From the NCBI RefSeq assembly GCF_006345805.1, contig NC_043000.1, positions 87,172,001 to 87,236,000 on the forward strand: 64,000 nt of DNA, in the 5' to 3' direction. Positions 38,930 to 53,035 of the stretch are shown piece by piece; the first letter of the stretch is position 1; each line of letters starts with the position of its first letter. A program made the translations under genes and the position numbers. The notes below the pieces were generated by a model, which saw only the letters and a program-made list of their open reading frames with translations, did not search any database and was not told where the DNA came from. The DNA is from Octopus sinensis. Its lineage: Eukaryota.

Positions 38930-39670
38930 AAGCTAACAGGTGAAGTCAGATTGTAGCTCTGAGAAAAGCAGGACATAGCGCCAAAGACGTAGCTTCAAGA
39001 GTTGGCGTTGATCCCCAAAAGTTTATAATGTCTTGAAACGCTACAGTGAGACAAATCCACTCGACAGCAAGACCATTCTTGATAGAAAACGATCCGTACG
39101 GACGAATCAATTGGTAGATGTCGTCCGAAAGAAAGTGTCGCAAAATCAACGACAAAGTATGAGGCTAATCACTAAAAGTCTCGATATCTCCCAGACGACT
39201 ATGTGACAGGTTGTGAATGAAGACTTAAATTGTAAGTCATTAAAATTGCAGCGTCGACACATAATTTCGGCCGCTTCCAAAGCAAAGCGTCTGGACAGGT
39301 GCAAGAAAATGGCAAAGATTCAGAACGCCAGTGACAATATTTTCATCTAGGCGAACGAAAAGATATTCACCGTGGAGTCTGTAGCGAACATCTAAAACGA
39401 CAGGATTTTGTCCACGAGGACGGATGCTGTTCCCGAAGGCACCCGTAAGATGTTTCGCAGAATGAACTCACCGGAGCGATGGTTTGGGCACCAGTGTCAT
39501 TCGATGGCGGAAAATCTCTGGTGTTCATTTATGACAGGACGAAGGTCAATTTAGCAATTTATGTGAAAATGTTGGAGGATAATGTTTTGCCATAGGTGAC
39601 CGAAGAATTTGGAGATAATTACGTTTTCACACTAGACGGCGATCCTTCTCATACGTCCAATGTTACACAG
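38930..39670 (+). pseudogene. maT/DD37D-like transposase remnant
   Basis: HTH QIVALRKAGHSAKDVA; NEKIFTVE...NDRI; MVWA; VFTLDGDPSHTS; multiple stops. Confidence 0.75.
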
Positions 39671-39768
39671 TAGAATACTATATTTAGGATTTACTTAGAA
39701 TCCTATATTTTAAACATGGGATTCTGCAAAAAATGTCATTAAGAATTCCAATTATCTAAAATGTTTTT

Positions 39769-39832
<64 letters not shown>

Positions 39833-39929
39833 CCAAACCACGCATCTGGCCGTAGTTTTTGGATTTTTGATAAATCTTTAAAGCTCTTATCAGCATTATA
39901 TGTTTTAAGAGAGGACGATTCTACACAAA

Positions 39930-40105
39930 TGAAATTAGGGTTTGGTGTTTAGAATTAAAATGAAGGGTTAGTTTTAGGGATAGGTATTATGATTTAGAGT
40001 TTAAGATTTAGGATTTGAGAGTAGTGTTTAAGGTGAGGATTCAGGGTTAGGATTTAGTGTTCATGGTTAGGGATTAATATTTAGGGATTAGTGTTAGGGT
40101 TTAGC
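39930..40105 (+). repeat. Degenerate TTAGGG-like tract
   Basis: Scattered TTAGGG/GGGTTAG/TTTAG units. Confidence 0.6.
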
Positions 40106-40623
40106 ATTTAAATCCTTTTCCATATCTTGCCTTCCCAGAGATACACTTCACTAGAGTATGATCATCTTCATATGGGCACACAATAGTTGAAGCTGAGCAC
40201 CAACCCATCGATCTTACCACGCACTGAACATCTACGAAAAATATTGGTGCTCCTCCGACTACTCGATTTTAAACAAATTCAAGTAACATTGCATCTAAAT
40301 TTAGATGCTCCTTCCCACCAAACGTGTATAATGACAAGGCCAAGCGTTTAAGCGATAACATTCTCGAAAAAGAATTTTGTATCTATGACGGAAAATGATC
40401 GTTTGTTGCTTATTCCTAGATCAATATACGTAAAGAAGACGTGTGTGATCAAAGGTATTCCAGCTTGAGCCATCAGACTTCTTTTGGAAAATGTTCAGAA
40501 TCATATTATCCAGTGTTTCCTTTCTTCATTTAGGACCAGAGCCTGTGATGTCAAATTCAACTGGTACTTCTACTTGCAGATCAAATATTTGCATATATAC
40601 CTACCTACCTACCTACCTACCTA

Positions 40624-40667
<44 letters not shown>

Positions 40668-40885
40668 TACATACAAACACACACACACGCACATATGTAA
40701 TATCGAAATATATTATCTTACGCCTACAATCGCAACCTGCCCACGAACTGACAAAGGACATACTTTGTGTATATGTGTTCGATATTGTTTATATACCTCG
40801 GGCTACTTCTCATTCATATTTGAACACATACACGCACGTACGTACGCACGCACACGTATGTACATATGTATGCATGTATGTATAT

Positions 40886-42978
40886 TGCAACTTCTTCCAA
40901 CTTGGTGGTTCCACGAGTGCTGCCTTCACAGGCAATCCAGGGATGAGATTGAGAACATCCTCACCATTTGCAATGGCTGTCTCAAGGTTGAATAATGGGA
41001 AGTCTCCGGGTATGGATGGCATACATGCGGAGTTGTTACAGCATGGTGGTGAGAAACTTCTGCAGAAACTTCACTCTTTGTTTAGTAAGATATGGACTAG
41101 TGAATCTGTACCTGAGGACTGGAGAGATGCAGTAATGGTGGTCCTGTATAAGGGAAAAGGGCAACAGGAATGATTGTGGTAATTATAGGGGAGTATCATT
41201 GCTGTCTGCTGTAGGAAAGGTTTTATGCAGGATACTTCTGGATCGTCTGCTGAAATACATTGCAGATTGTGTTCTTCCAGAAAGTCAATCTGGCTTTCGT
41301 ATGGGACGTGGCACTGCTGATATGATCTTTTCAGCTAGACAGCTTTAGGAAAAGTGTGTGGAACAGGGTCTGGATTTGTATCAAGTTTTTGTCGATCTGA
41401 CAAAAGCTTTTGATACCGTCAATAGAAAAGCATTGTGGAAGGTCCTCCAGAAACTTGGGTGTCCTGAAAAGTACCTTGCTTTGGTCAGGTCCTTTCATGA
41501 AGACATGAATGGTAGGGTGAATGTTAGAGCGAAAATGTCGGAGCCCATTTCAATACAAAATGGAGTGAAACAGGGGGATATTCTGGCACCGACCCTATTT
41601 TCCATATATTTCGCGATGGTGTTCTGTATTGCATTCAGAAACTGCAGATACGGTGTTTACGTCCATTATCGAAACTCTGGCAGCATATTTAATATCAGGC
41701 GCCTTGCTGCAAAAACAAAGGTATTTACCTCTATCATAAGAGACCTTTTGTATGTAGATGATTGTGAGCTAGTAGCACACACAGAGATTGATATGCAACA
41801 CATTTTGAATGCATTCTCTGATGCTTGCACTGCCTTAGGATTGACAGTCAATCTCAAGAAAACTGTTGTCATGCATCAACCTGCCCCTGGTAAGCAGTAT
41901 AGTGTACCAAATATCTATGTGTATGGTAAACGACTTGATGTAGTTGATCAGTTTGTCTACCTGGGAAGCACTATTAATAGATATGGCAATTTGAATGATG
42001 AAATTCCATATAGAATTAGGAAAGCAAGTGTTGCTTTCGAAAGGCTAGAAAAGCGCCTCTGGAGTCGGCGAGACATATGCAGAAAGACAAAGATAAAGGT
42101 GTACAAGGCATGTGTGCTCCCTTCTCTTCTCTATGCCTGCGAGACGTGGGTCACATATCGATACCACCCTAAACAGCTGGAACGTTTCCATCAGATGTGC
42201 CTCAGGCGGATCTATGGCATTAAATGGAAGGACCGCATCAGTGATCTTGAAATATTGGAAGGCTCTCGGTGTGAAAGTATAGAAGCTCTTGTGTTAAAGC
42301 AAAGGCTCAGATGGAGTGGTCATCTGGTCAGAATGAAGGATTCAAGGATGCCAAAACAACTCTTTTATGGAGAGTTAGCTAAAGGAGAACGACCTCCACA
42401 TAAACCCCAAAAGAGGTATAAGGACTTGCTGAAGGCTTCCTTAAGAGATGCTTGCATCTCTCCTGACATATGGGAAGGCATAGCTATTGATCGTAGCAGT
42501 TGGAGAAGGATTGTGCATGAGGGGACAGCCACTTTTGAGAAATCTCGAGTTGCACATGAGAAAGTACGGAGGGATGTCAAGAAGGGCATCGCTGTTACAC
42601 TTCCAGAAGGGAAGGGTCTACCTTTGGTGCTGACATGCCTCAGTAAAGCTGGACTCAAGAGTCATCTTCGTAGTCATAAAACGAGACAGATGAGTGACAA
42701 CCTGACCACTGGTGGTGGCGGAACACACCATACTAATCATATCTGTCGGGCATGTGGAAGAGAGTGTAATTCGGCAGGTGGACTTAAACGACATGCAAAG
42801 GTACATGAAGCCCAGTTACAACTACAGCCGGCTATTACCAGTAAAGGTTTTAGTTGCCAATTTTGTACAAGACATTGTAGATCTTTGGCTGGGCTAAAAA
42901 GTCACATTCGATCACAGCACCAATAACAGTTAAACTTCGTGCAATGGCCATACTCGATAACAAGGGGGCAGCCATAAC
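40886..42978 (+). mobile_element. 5'-truncated RTE-clade LINE (RT plus C-terminal C2H2 fingers) with a 10-bp candidate TSD
   Basis: KSPGMDGI, NYRGVSLL, FVDLTKAFD, GVKQGDILAP, LLYVDD, LRWSGH. One frameshift near 41165 and one stop near 41345. GTATGTATAT at 40876 and 42979. Confidence 0.95.
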
Positions 42979-43189
42979 GTATGTATATACAGTATACGCA
43001 CACATAAACACACACGCACACACACGCGTGCATATACACACGCGTGCACATACACACGCGCGTACATACACACGCAAATATATTATATGCATCAAAGCTT
43101 TGTAATGATGCTTTAAAAAAAATGTATAACTAGATAGTTGGGCGTAAAATTATGGGTTTTGTCTTCGTAGAGAAATACTAAGTTTTATC

Positions 43190-43445
43190 ATGCAGATAAT
43201 AACTCGTAAAACTAACCAGCGTTGGAGAAAAATTTGCAGAAAAGCTCTCATCATTGGTCAGTCATACAAGGGTGTTGCTCTTACGTGATAAGGTATAATC
43301 ACATATTGCCCAAGCTACTCTGGAAAAAATTACACCACTATATAAAGAGGTTTTGCTCTATCCTTCTTATTCTCCTGATCTTGCTCCATCTTATAATCAT
43401 CCTTTCAAATCATTGAAAAATTATTTACAGGGGGAAAGAGTCTTT
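43190..43445 (+). pseudogene. Mariner transposase remnant
   Basis: VLLLRD...EVLLYPSYSPDLAPS.NHPFKSLKNYL. Confidence 0.75.
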
Positions 43446-43569
43446 TAATTTTGAAGGGTTTCCAGCATGGCCACAGTCAAATGACTGAAACAAGTAAAAG
43501 ATAAAAGATAAAAGACATATAATATATTCTTTTATTATTTTACTTCTTTCCGTTATTAAAGGTTTTTTT

Positions 43570-43915
43570 AGTAGAAGAAATCTATCTCAGGACTTATTCT
43601 TTGTAAGACTAGTACTTATTCTATCGATCTCTTTTGCCGAACCGCTAAGTTACGGAGACGTAATACACAACATCAGTTGTCAAGCGATGGCGGGGGCTCA
43701 AACACAGACACAAAGACACACATGCACACACATACACACAAACACACAAACACGACAGACATCTTTCAGTTTCCGTCTACCAAATCCTGTCATAAGGCTT
43801 TGGTTGGGACGAGGCTATAGTAGAAGACATTTATCCGAATTGCCACGCAGTGGATCTGAACCTGGAACCATGTGGTCGCGAAGCAAGCTTCTTGTCACAC
43901 AACCACGCCTGCGCC
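43570..43915 (-). mobile_element. SINE family 1 copy
   Basis: Reverse complement of the 20681-21150 copy; head ends CAACCACGCCTGCGCC. Confidence 0.85.
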
Positions 43916-44860
43916 AGTGAACATCTTCAAAAATCGGTGAATAACTTCACCAATGCTTACACTCGGTTTGATCTAAAAGTCAACATAAAAAAAAAACGTG
44001 GCACAACCCGTTCTAAGTCAGGAAACTCCAAACCTCAGCATTACCATCTCGGAGACACCACTGGAGAAAGTCAACCACTTTTCAGACTTAGGAAGTTTTC
44101 TTTCGAATAAGTGCACGTCGGAAAAGGACGTGGAGAACCGATTAAGTGCGACTCACGAAAAGGGTCTTTAAGAACAAAGATCTGAACCATAAAACAAAAT
44201 TGAGTGTCTATCAAGTGGTCATGATCTCCACTCTTTACGGTTGTGAAACTTGGATTCTTTACCAGTGACGTCAAAAAACTAGAGCGATTTCATCAAAAGA
44301 AGCTCCGCTCTGTCATGAATATCAAATGGAATGATTATGTGACCGATATCTCCATTTTGGAGAGAACGAAAAGCAGCAGCATCGTGACCACCATCCTGAA
44401 ATATACTCTGAGATGGGTGGGCCACGCAGCAAAAAAGAAAGAAACCAGTCTGCTTCGTCAAATGTTATATGGTGAACTTATCACTGGAAGAAAACTCCGT
44501 GGCCGTCCTCTCAAACGATACAAGGACCAGCTGAAATAAAGCCTAAAACTAACTGAAATCGATCTCAAAGCCTGGGATATTGAAGCACAAGACATGCTCG
44601 GCTGGCATCATTCCACCTCCACTATAACAGATCATTTTGAAGTTGAACGACAGGAAAGAAGAGAAACGATAAGAAAAAATAGAAGCTGCTACAACCAGAG
44701 CCCCCACCACAGATCCCTTGTGAAGTTTGCAATAGACGCTTCCATGCAAGAATCGGCCTCATTAATCATCAAAGGCACAAACACGAACAGAGGAGAAGAA
44801 GCAGTCAAGAAGAAGCCAAATAAATTATCGGATGCACGATAAAACGCCGTCGACGACGAT
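43915..44860 (+). mobile_element. 3' fragment of a second RTE family with one C2H2 finger
   Basis: LERFHQKKLRSVMNIKW, LRWVGH, RQMLYGEL; CEVCNRRFHARIGLINHQRH; (GAC/GAT) tail. Confidence 0.9.
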
Positions 44861-44929
44861 ATATATATTCTGTTAGCGATTAGCGAAGCTAACGTTTTGG
44901 CTAGCCGTGTTAATATATGTTTATTATAT

Positions 44930-46170
<1,241 letters not shown>

Positions 46171-46184
46171 ATATAATGTACATA

Positions 46185-46383
46185 TTTACTCTTTTACTTG
46201 TTTCAGTCATTTGACTGCGGCCATGCTGGAGCACCGCCTTTAGTCGAGCAAATCGACCCCGGGACTTATTCTTTGTAAGCCCAGTACTTATTTTATCGGT
46301 CTCTTTTGCCGAACCGGTAAGTGACGGGGACCTAAACATACCAGCATCGGTTGTAAAGCAATGCTAGGGGGACAAACACACAA

Positions 46384-46422
<39 letters not shown>

Positions 46423-46590
46423 ACGACAGGCTTCTTTCAGTTTCCGTCTACCAAATCCACTCACAAGGCTTTGGTCAGCCCGAGGCTATAGCAGAAGACA
46501 CTTGCCCAAGATGCCACGCAGTGGGACTGAACCCGGAACCATTTGGTTGGTAAGCAAGCTACTTACCACACAGCCACTCCTGCGCCTATA
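46185..46590 (-). mobile_element. Full-length SINE family 1
   Basis: Head (minus) GGCGCAGGAGTGGCTGTGTGGTAAG...GGTTCAGTCCC; complete tail. Confidence 0.9.
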
Positions 46591-46749
46591 TATATATTAT
46601 TTATATACAATATATTTATATTATATTATATATATATTATTATATATATATCTTATATATATATCTGTTTGTTTTATTTGTTTTATCAATTTCAGCTCAA
46701 AGCTGTGGCCATGCTGGGGCACCACAGTTTTGCCACACTGCTATTACTG

Positions 46750-47165
46750 AAAGCTTCCTTTGATATGTGACATTTAGGGAATAAGAGAGTTTGATGCTGC
46801 TACACCCATTTGCGCCGCCTGTTGTGAGGTAGGTTCATCTGGAACTCTCGATAGGAAGAGATTCAGTTGTGATTTGAAAACACCTACGTCCACTTTGTAT
46901 AGGTGTCTAAGGCTCTTTGGGAGAACATCAAAAAGCTGTGGTCCCCTGAAACCAAAGCTTTTACAGTAACTCGTTCTGAAGCGCGACGGTATTGCTGGGA
47001 TCTTTGGCACTGTGCAGTAGCGACCCGTTCTGGTATTTATGTAGCTTTCAATGCTAAAATTTGGCACAGTCCCTTTCAGGATCATCCAGATGTATATTAC
47101 TGCATATCTCTCCCGCCTTCGCTCCAGGGAGTACAGTCTTAGCTGTTTCAGGCTTTCCTAATACT
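46750..47165 (-). mobile_element. 3' end of a CR1-group LINE
   Basis: LRLYSLERRRERYAVIYIW...SFGFRGPQLFDVLP...FLSRVPDEP. Confidence 0.85.
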
Positions 47166-50165
47166 CAAGATATCAGCTGTCCTCAGGACCTATATCTGGA
47201 GATTTTAAGATCCAGCAATCATTCAGAATGTGTCTGAGCGTTCAAGGACCCTTACCTGGCGTTTGTAAAGGGTCCATGTCTCACATGAGTAAAGGAGCGA
47301 TGTCAGTACACATGAACGGTACACAGCAATTTTTGTTTGCTTTGTGATGCTATGCTGGGACCAGACACGAGACTGAAGAGACCGGAAGGAATCAATTGCT
47401 CTCTGCATCCTGAAGGATATTTCGTCATCCAGGGAGCAAGAACTGAGTGTGCTGCCTAGTTAGACAAACTTTTCTACCACTTTCAGAATTGTTCCTTCAA
47501 CCAAGATAGTTGGTTCCATATATGGATTTCCTGGTACCGGCTGGAACATGATAACAGTCTTGTGCAGGCTAATGCTGAATCCAAATGCCGTGCATAAGAA
47601 GAAATACGATTAATAAGTATTTGCATGTTATCCACTGTATGAATGATTAAGTCACAGTCATCTGCATAACGGTTACTAATAAGAGCCTGAAAAACTTTTA
47701 AATTGGCAGCTAATCGACGCAAATTAAAGAGGCGGCCAGAAGATCGATACCTGACATATATTCCCAGAAAGCTAACCGTAGCAGAAGCCTGAGTAAAAGC
47801 AGCAGCAAAGTACAAAGAAAAGAGAGTTGGGGCAAGGATGTCATTCTGCTTGTCACCATTCTCTACAGGAATGAGTCCTTCCATGACACCACCAACATTG
47901 ATCCAATCCTCCATCCCATCATGAACTGATTTAATTATAGATACAAAGTGATCTGGATATCAAAGTTTGCCAAGTATTTTCCATAGCAAGGCTCTACTCA
48001 CAGTATCAAAGGCCTTCGTTAAATCAATGAATACCTGGACAAGATCCATATTCTGATTATAGCACTCCTGCATCTGTCTTGCTGTGAAAATCATATCCAT
48101 TTTTCCTCTACAAGAACGGAAGCCACATTGAGATTTAGATTGGACATCATTTACGAGACATCCATTCAGGTGGGTAAGAAGAATATTTGCCAGAACCTGG
48201 CCAGCGGCTGATAGTAGAGCAATACCTCTGTAGTTACTACACATTGTTCTGGCTCCTTTTCCTTTATAGAGAGGGAGAATAATTTCATCCTTCCAGTCCT
48301 TAGGCATTGCACATGAAGGGACTGTATGATGTAATCACCACCAAATCGCAAGACTTCAGCACAAATTCCATCCTTCCCAGGTGCCCTACCAAGATTCAAT
48401 TTACTTATTGATGTCATTACATCATCTATTAAGGGCGTGGAATTTAAGGAGCCAATGATAAGTTTTTGCATAGTATCAATCACTATTTCATTCACAACTG
48501 ACTCATGGTTTAGGAGTTCTGAGAAGTGATCGTTCCAGCGACCTGTGATTTCTGTTGATTTAGTAAATAGAGTGGGAGACTCCTTGGAAAGTAAAGGAGT
48601 TGATCTGGAGCCCATAAACTTGCTTCATAAGATGGTAAAGCTTCTTGCTGTCGTTTGCATCAGCAGCAGTGAACATTACGAGCAAGATCCTCCCACCAAG
48701 TGTTCTGCATCTTCCCGAGAGATCGCTGCAGTAGTGATTTTACACTGCTGTAGTGGGCAAGTGCTAGATTTCGCTGCACAGCTGAAAGTCCTCTGTGCAG
48801 CAATGCATTGTGGGCATGGCACTTTACAGACAATAGTTGCTGAACTTCAGCATAATTTTCATCTAACCAGTCTCCGTGTCTGCAGTAGCATATCCCAGTG
48901 TGTCAGCAGCACATTGAAGAATCTGGTCTCGAAAATCTTCCCATGCTGTAGTATTTTCAATGCTGGACAAGCGAGTCTGAAGCTCTTTCCTCAACACAGC
49001 ATCTTGTGGACATTCAGACGCCGAGGAATGCCGACTAGCCCTCTTCTCTCTTTCACTTTAATCATCATCCGAAACTTTACTCACACCAGACTGTGGTCTG
49101 TCCAGCATACCGGTCCATGAAAGGACTTGACATTACAAATGTCATAGATGTCACACTTGCGGGTGATGACATAATCCAGCAAATGCCAAACTTTAGACCT
49201 TGGATGCATCCACGTTGTTGTGTGACCACCTTTGTGCATAAAATGAGTGCTTGCAATGTAAAGTCCATGTTCATCGCAAAGCTCCAGCAGCATGAGACCA
49301 TTGCTATTCATTTTTCCTACACCAAAACGTCCTAGAGAGTTCTATATTTGTCAGTCTACTCCAACTCTGACATTGAAATTCCCCATTAGAATGAATTTAT
49401 CAGAAATGGAGTTTTTTCTAAGTATGGCTCTCAGCTGGGTATAAAAAATAATTTTATCTTCATCACAACTAGTCAAAGTAGGTGCATAGACACTTATTAG
49501 AGTAGTAAACCGCCCACCTTTGAAGTGCAGTAGTAGAGTCATTATACGTTCATTTATAGGAACAGGAAACTCCTCCAACTTCTTAAGGATATCATATCGA
49601 ACTGCAAAGCCAACACCAGCCTCTCTGCGCTCCTCCTTCGGCTTCCCCTTCCAAAAAGGTGTATCCATCTCCTACTCCCTCAAGCTGACCACCACTTTCT
49701 ATAGAGTCTTTGAAAGTGCAGCTATATCAATGTTATAACGTTTCAGCTCGTGAGCAACAGATGCAGTGCGTCTTTCAGGCCTACAATCACTCGTTATCCA
49801 ATAGAGTGCGCACATTCCAACATGAAATGTTCAAGTTCCATCCATTTTTTGTAAATAAAAGTCTCTTTGTTTTTCGAGTGCATGGTGGACATCCGTCAGT
49901 CGAGCTAAACTAACCAGATAGAAAGACAGGCAATTTTAGTTTACCTTTTCTAGAACCTCTCCGGCCCCCGGCTAAGCAGTGCTCTCTTCAAATGGAGCTG
50001 CTCAGACACCCATGCAGCAACCGAATCATACCGCTGTCATGGGCGACAAGGAGACGATTTTATATCTAGCATGGACCACTTACATGCAGGTCGCTGACTA
50101 CATGCTTCCAAGCCGTCAGATCTGCATGCTTCACCACCTTCCCATCGCCGCAGGACTTCCGAACA
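47165..50165 (-). mobile_element. RTE-clade LINE with 5' UTR, APE endonuclease and RT, 3'-truncated and degenerate
   Basis: LNISCWNVRTLLD, GVGFAV, SVYAPT, ILMGNFNVRVG, WHLLDYVI, RAPGKDGI, NYRGIALL, IDLTKAFD, RYADD; many frameshifts. Confidence 0.93.
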
Positions 50166-50289
50166 AAAATAAAATAAAAATATACTAAAAATAAATAAAT
50201 ATATAAGTATATACTAAAAGTAAAGATACATATATACGGAAAATAAAATAAATATATATAGGGAAGAAAAAAGCAGCACATATCGAACA

Positions 50290-50800
50290 GAGGTCGGCAA
50301 TGCCTGTGCAGAGTTTTAGGGCCTATAAGGCTTGCACGACACCTCATAGACCCCACTCTCCACTTTATTGACATTATCCAGAGACAAACCGGAGCACGAT
50401 GTCTGGTGCCAATATGAGTCGCAGGCTCAGGGATGTGGGAGCTCCATCATCTCACAAACCAAAGATTCCCAAAATGTCCAATGCCATTCCCTGCATATCT
50501 GGTTTTATATTAGAGTGAGCTTCTCCAAGAGACATGCTTCAACAGAAGATGAGGGGTGCCTTACTCCCAGTGGTCTTTCAGCTTGCAAGACATCATCCTG
50601 GAATTTCTGTGTACGCGTGCTGTTGCTAGGTGGCCGTTGAGCCTGCACTAGGTTCATTCGACCTTTCAACAGGTCTAGTTTTTAATCCTGCTGGGTTTCT
50701 AGCAATCCTCCTCACCAGATAGTCTGGTGGGGGTGCCGGCTTAGTCGCCGACAACCCGACCATGCAACAGGTTGTACTAGATTCCATGTTACCAGTAGCA
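50290..50800 (-). mobile_element. Probable 5' UTR fragment of another RTE-type element
   Basis: GC-richer block beginning with an HDV-ribozyme-like 3' half (GG-TAAC...CTAAGCCGG); no clear ORF. Confidence 0.4.
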
Positions 50801-51444
50801 CTTATGAGAGCCTCATAAGTGACGTGATATAGAAAACCTGACCACTAACATAGAAAGAAGAATTAATCTGTTATCATCTAACGAAGAAAGTTTTAACAAA
50901 CATAAAGACTACTATAACCTAGCACTTAAGAAGGCAGGATATAGATATGAAATTATGTACAATAAAAACGACAGCATCATACTAATGATACCAAAATTTA
51001 TCTTGAAATGAACCACATAGATAATATTAGTGAACCTAAGTGACCCGATGAATTAGTACACTCCGACAAACATAAAAAATCTCAATAATAGTCATCAACA
51101 CAGCTTTAGTAATAGACACGGAATTCACAACTACAATAAACATACTAATTATCTTAATCAATATGAGCACCATAACCAAACCTTTACTAAAAGAAAAAAA
51201 TTATATTAATTTTAGCAATTCCCACCTAACTAACTATTCTAATACTAATATTAATAAACCCAAGAATTCTGACAACAAACACCAAAAATACTTAATTACA
51301 GGAGGAATTTCAACCGTGTTTCGTAGCCTGCTACCACAACAGTTCCTTTATAAGATCCAGTTAGCTCAAGACATTTTCATACCGTTTTGACGTGCCTCCC
51401 ACCCCCTTTCGGAGGTGTCTTCAGCTCTGGTATTGGGTGCATAT

Positions 51445-53035
51445 CTTCTTTCTTCTTCTTTCTTCTGTTCCCTGGCCTCTTTGATGTAGCGTCAACGAGT
51501 GTCAGCGGGCGACTGACTGTCTTGTCAATTGTTTCCCCTTTAAATACCTGCTGCTAAGCTCCTGCAGGCAGCCCCAGCAAGTTGTCACGTGACACTGTCT
51601 TAACTTTATCTGACCAATGAAGGCACGTAGTCTTAGCCCACGCATTCTCTAAACGAGACCGTCACCTGTCAATCAACGAAGCTAATTCAGTGTCAGCTTG
51701 TCTCACCTAGTGCTGTTACTTTCCGCCGGCATGTTATGACTTTCAAGCCATTTTTGGTCTTCTCGCTTCAGCCATATATAGAAGCTGCCTTTTTCGACCG
51801 CTTCATGTACTCTCCTTATTAGTTTTCTTAGCTCCGAGCTAGAAAAAACAAATCTTCTTTTGAATAGCGTTGTCATTTTTCTTTCAATGAGGCCCCTAAC
51901 CCCCACTTTCAGGTGGTAATACTCAACATTCCATCCCTGTTCTCTGCACTCTTCGATTAGTTTTTCGTACCTCTTCTCTTTTCGTTTCTCTGCATTGTCG
52001 ATGTTCTCTTCCCATGGCACTGTCAGTTCTAGCAAAATTCCTATCTCCGTTCTCTGTCCCATAGGACTAAATCTGGTCTTTTTGTCGTTTTTATTAGTGA
52101 AAATATTACTAGTCTTTCCAAATCCGTGGCCAGCTCCCAGTATCCCTTCCATCTTTCGTCTATCTCGTATATTTTATTTGTAGGCCTGGTTTTATATCCT
52201 TTTCCCTCCTTCTGGAAGTATACTTTCCTGTGCTTTTCCACATTTGGATACTCTCCCCTATTGTACCTCTCGATCTTCTCCTTGAGTGCTGCGCTTATGA
52301 CGCCGAGGACTTGATTATGACGCCATGTATACCTTTCTAGTGCTAGTCAACAGTTTGACAGAACATGTCTAACCGTCGCTTTCTTTCCGCACCTACACTC
52401 ATCGGTTGTTTTTATGTTCCACAGGACTAAGTTCGCCGGTGAGGGTAGAACGTCGACGGTAGACTTGATCAGGAAGGATGTTCTTGCTTTTTCCCAAGCC
52501 CAAAGTTCCTTCCATGATATTCTGCGGCTGATCACATATTCCTCCCAATCTCAGGCACTGTCCCTGTTGACTACATTGCACCAAATGTACATTTTGCCTT
52601 TCTTCTTCCTCCTTTCTCACTTCGTGTACCACCGCCTCCTTCATCTCTTTTATACTGCTCTTGCAAAATGGCCTGAAATTGTGCGACCCTAGGCAGGCTC
52701 TTGCTTCTTGCGTCGCTCCGACTACATATGCGTGCCTTAGTTTTCCGATCGCCCTGTTTACTGCCTCTTCCGCCTTCCATTTCCTCCCTGTTCGTATCTT
52801 TGGAGGGTTTTCCCGGATACTCTGATCTTTTGAATACCTTAGCATCATTACTGTCCTTGCCTTTCCTGCCTTATATTCTTCGGCGATTGATGTTATTGGT
52901 AGTTGCAGCACGGGTTTTCCATATAGTGCAGTTGTATTCAGTGGTTTCGGCAGACCAAGCCATTTTATGATAAACACACTGCATCGTTGTTCCATCCTTT
53001 CTACTCTACTCGAGGCTATTTCGTACATTTGCATT
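51445..53035 (-). mobile_element. 5'-truncated HERO-like RLE non-LTR retrotransposon nested in the Neptune element
   Basis: KWLGLP, RTGRKWKA, DVLPSPANL, CRCGKKATVRHVLSNC, YTWRHNQVL, KRPDLVLWD, LELTVPWEE. (AAG)-rich tail; possible TSD TGCATAT at 51438 and 53036. Confidence 0.85.

Noticed and set aside
42600-42926. Host C2H2 zinc-finger gene
   Set aside because: Fingers are in frame with the RTE RT and followed by the element 3' end.
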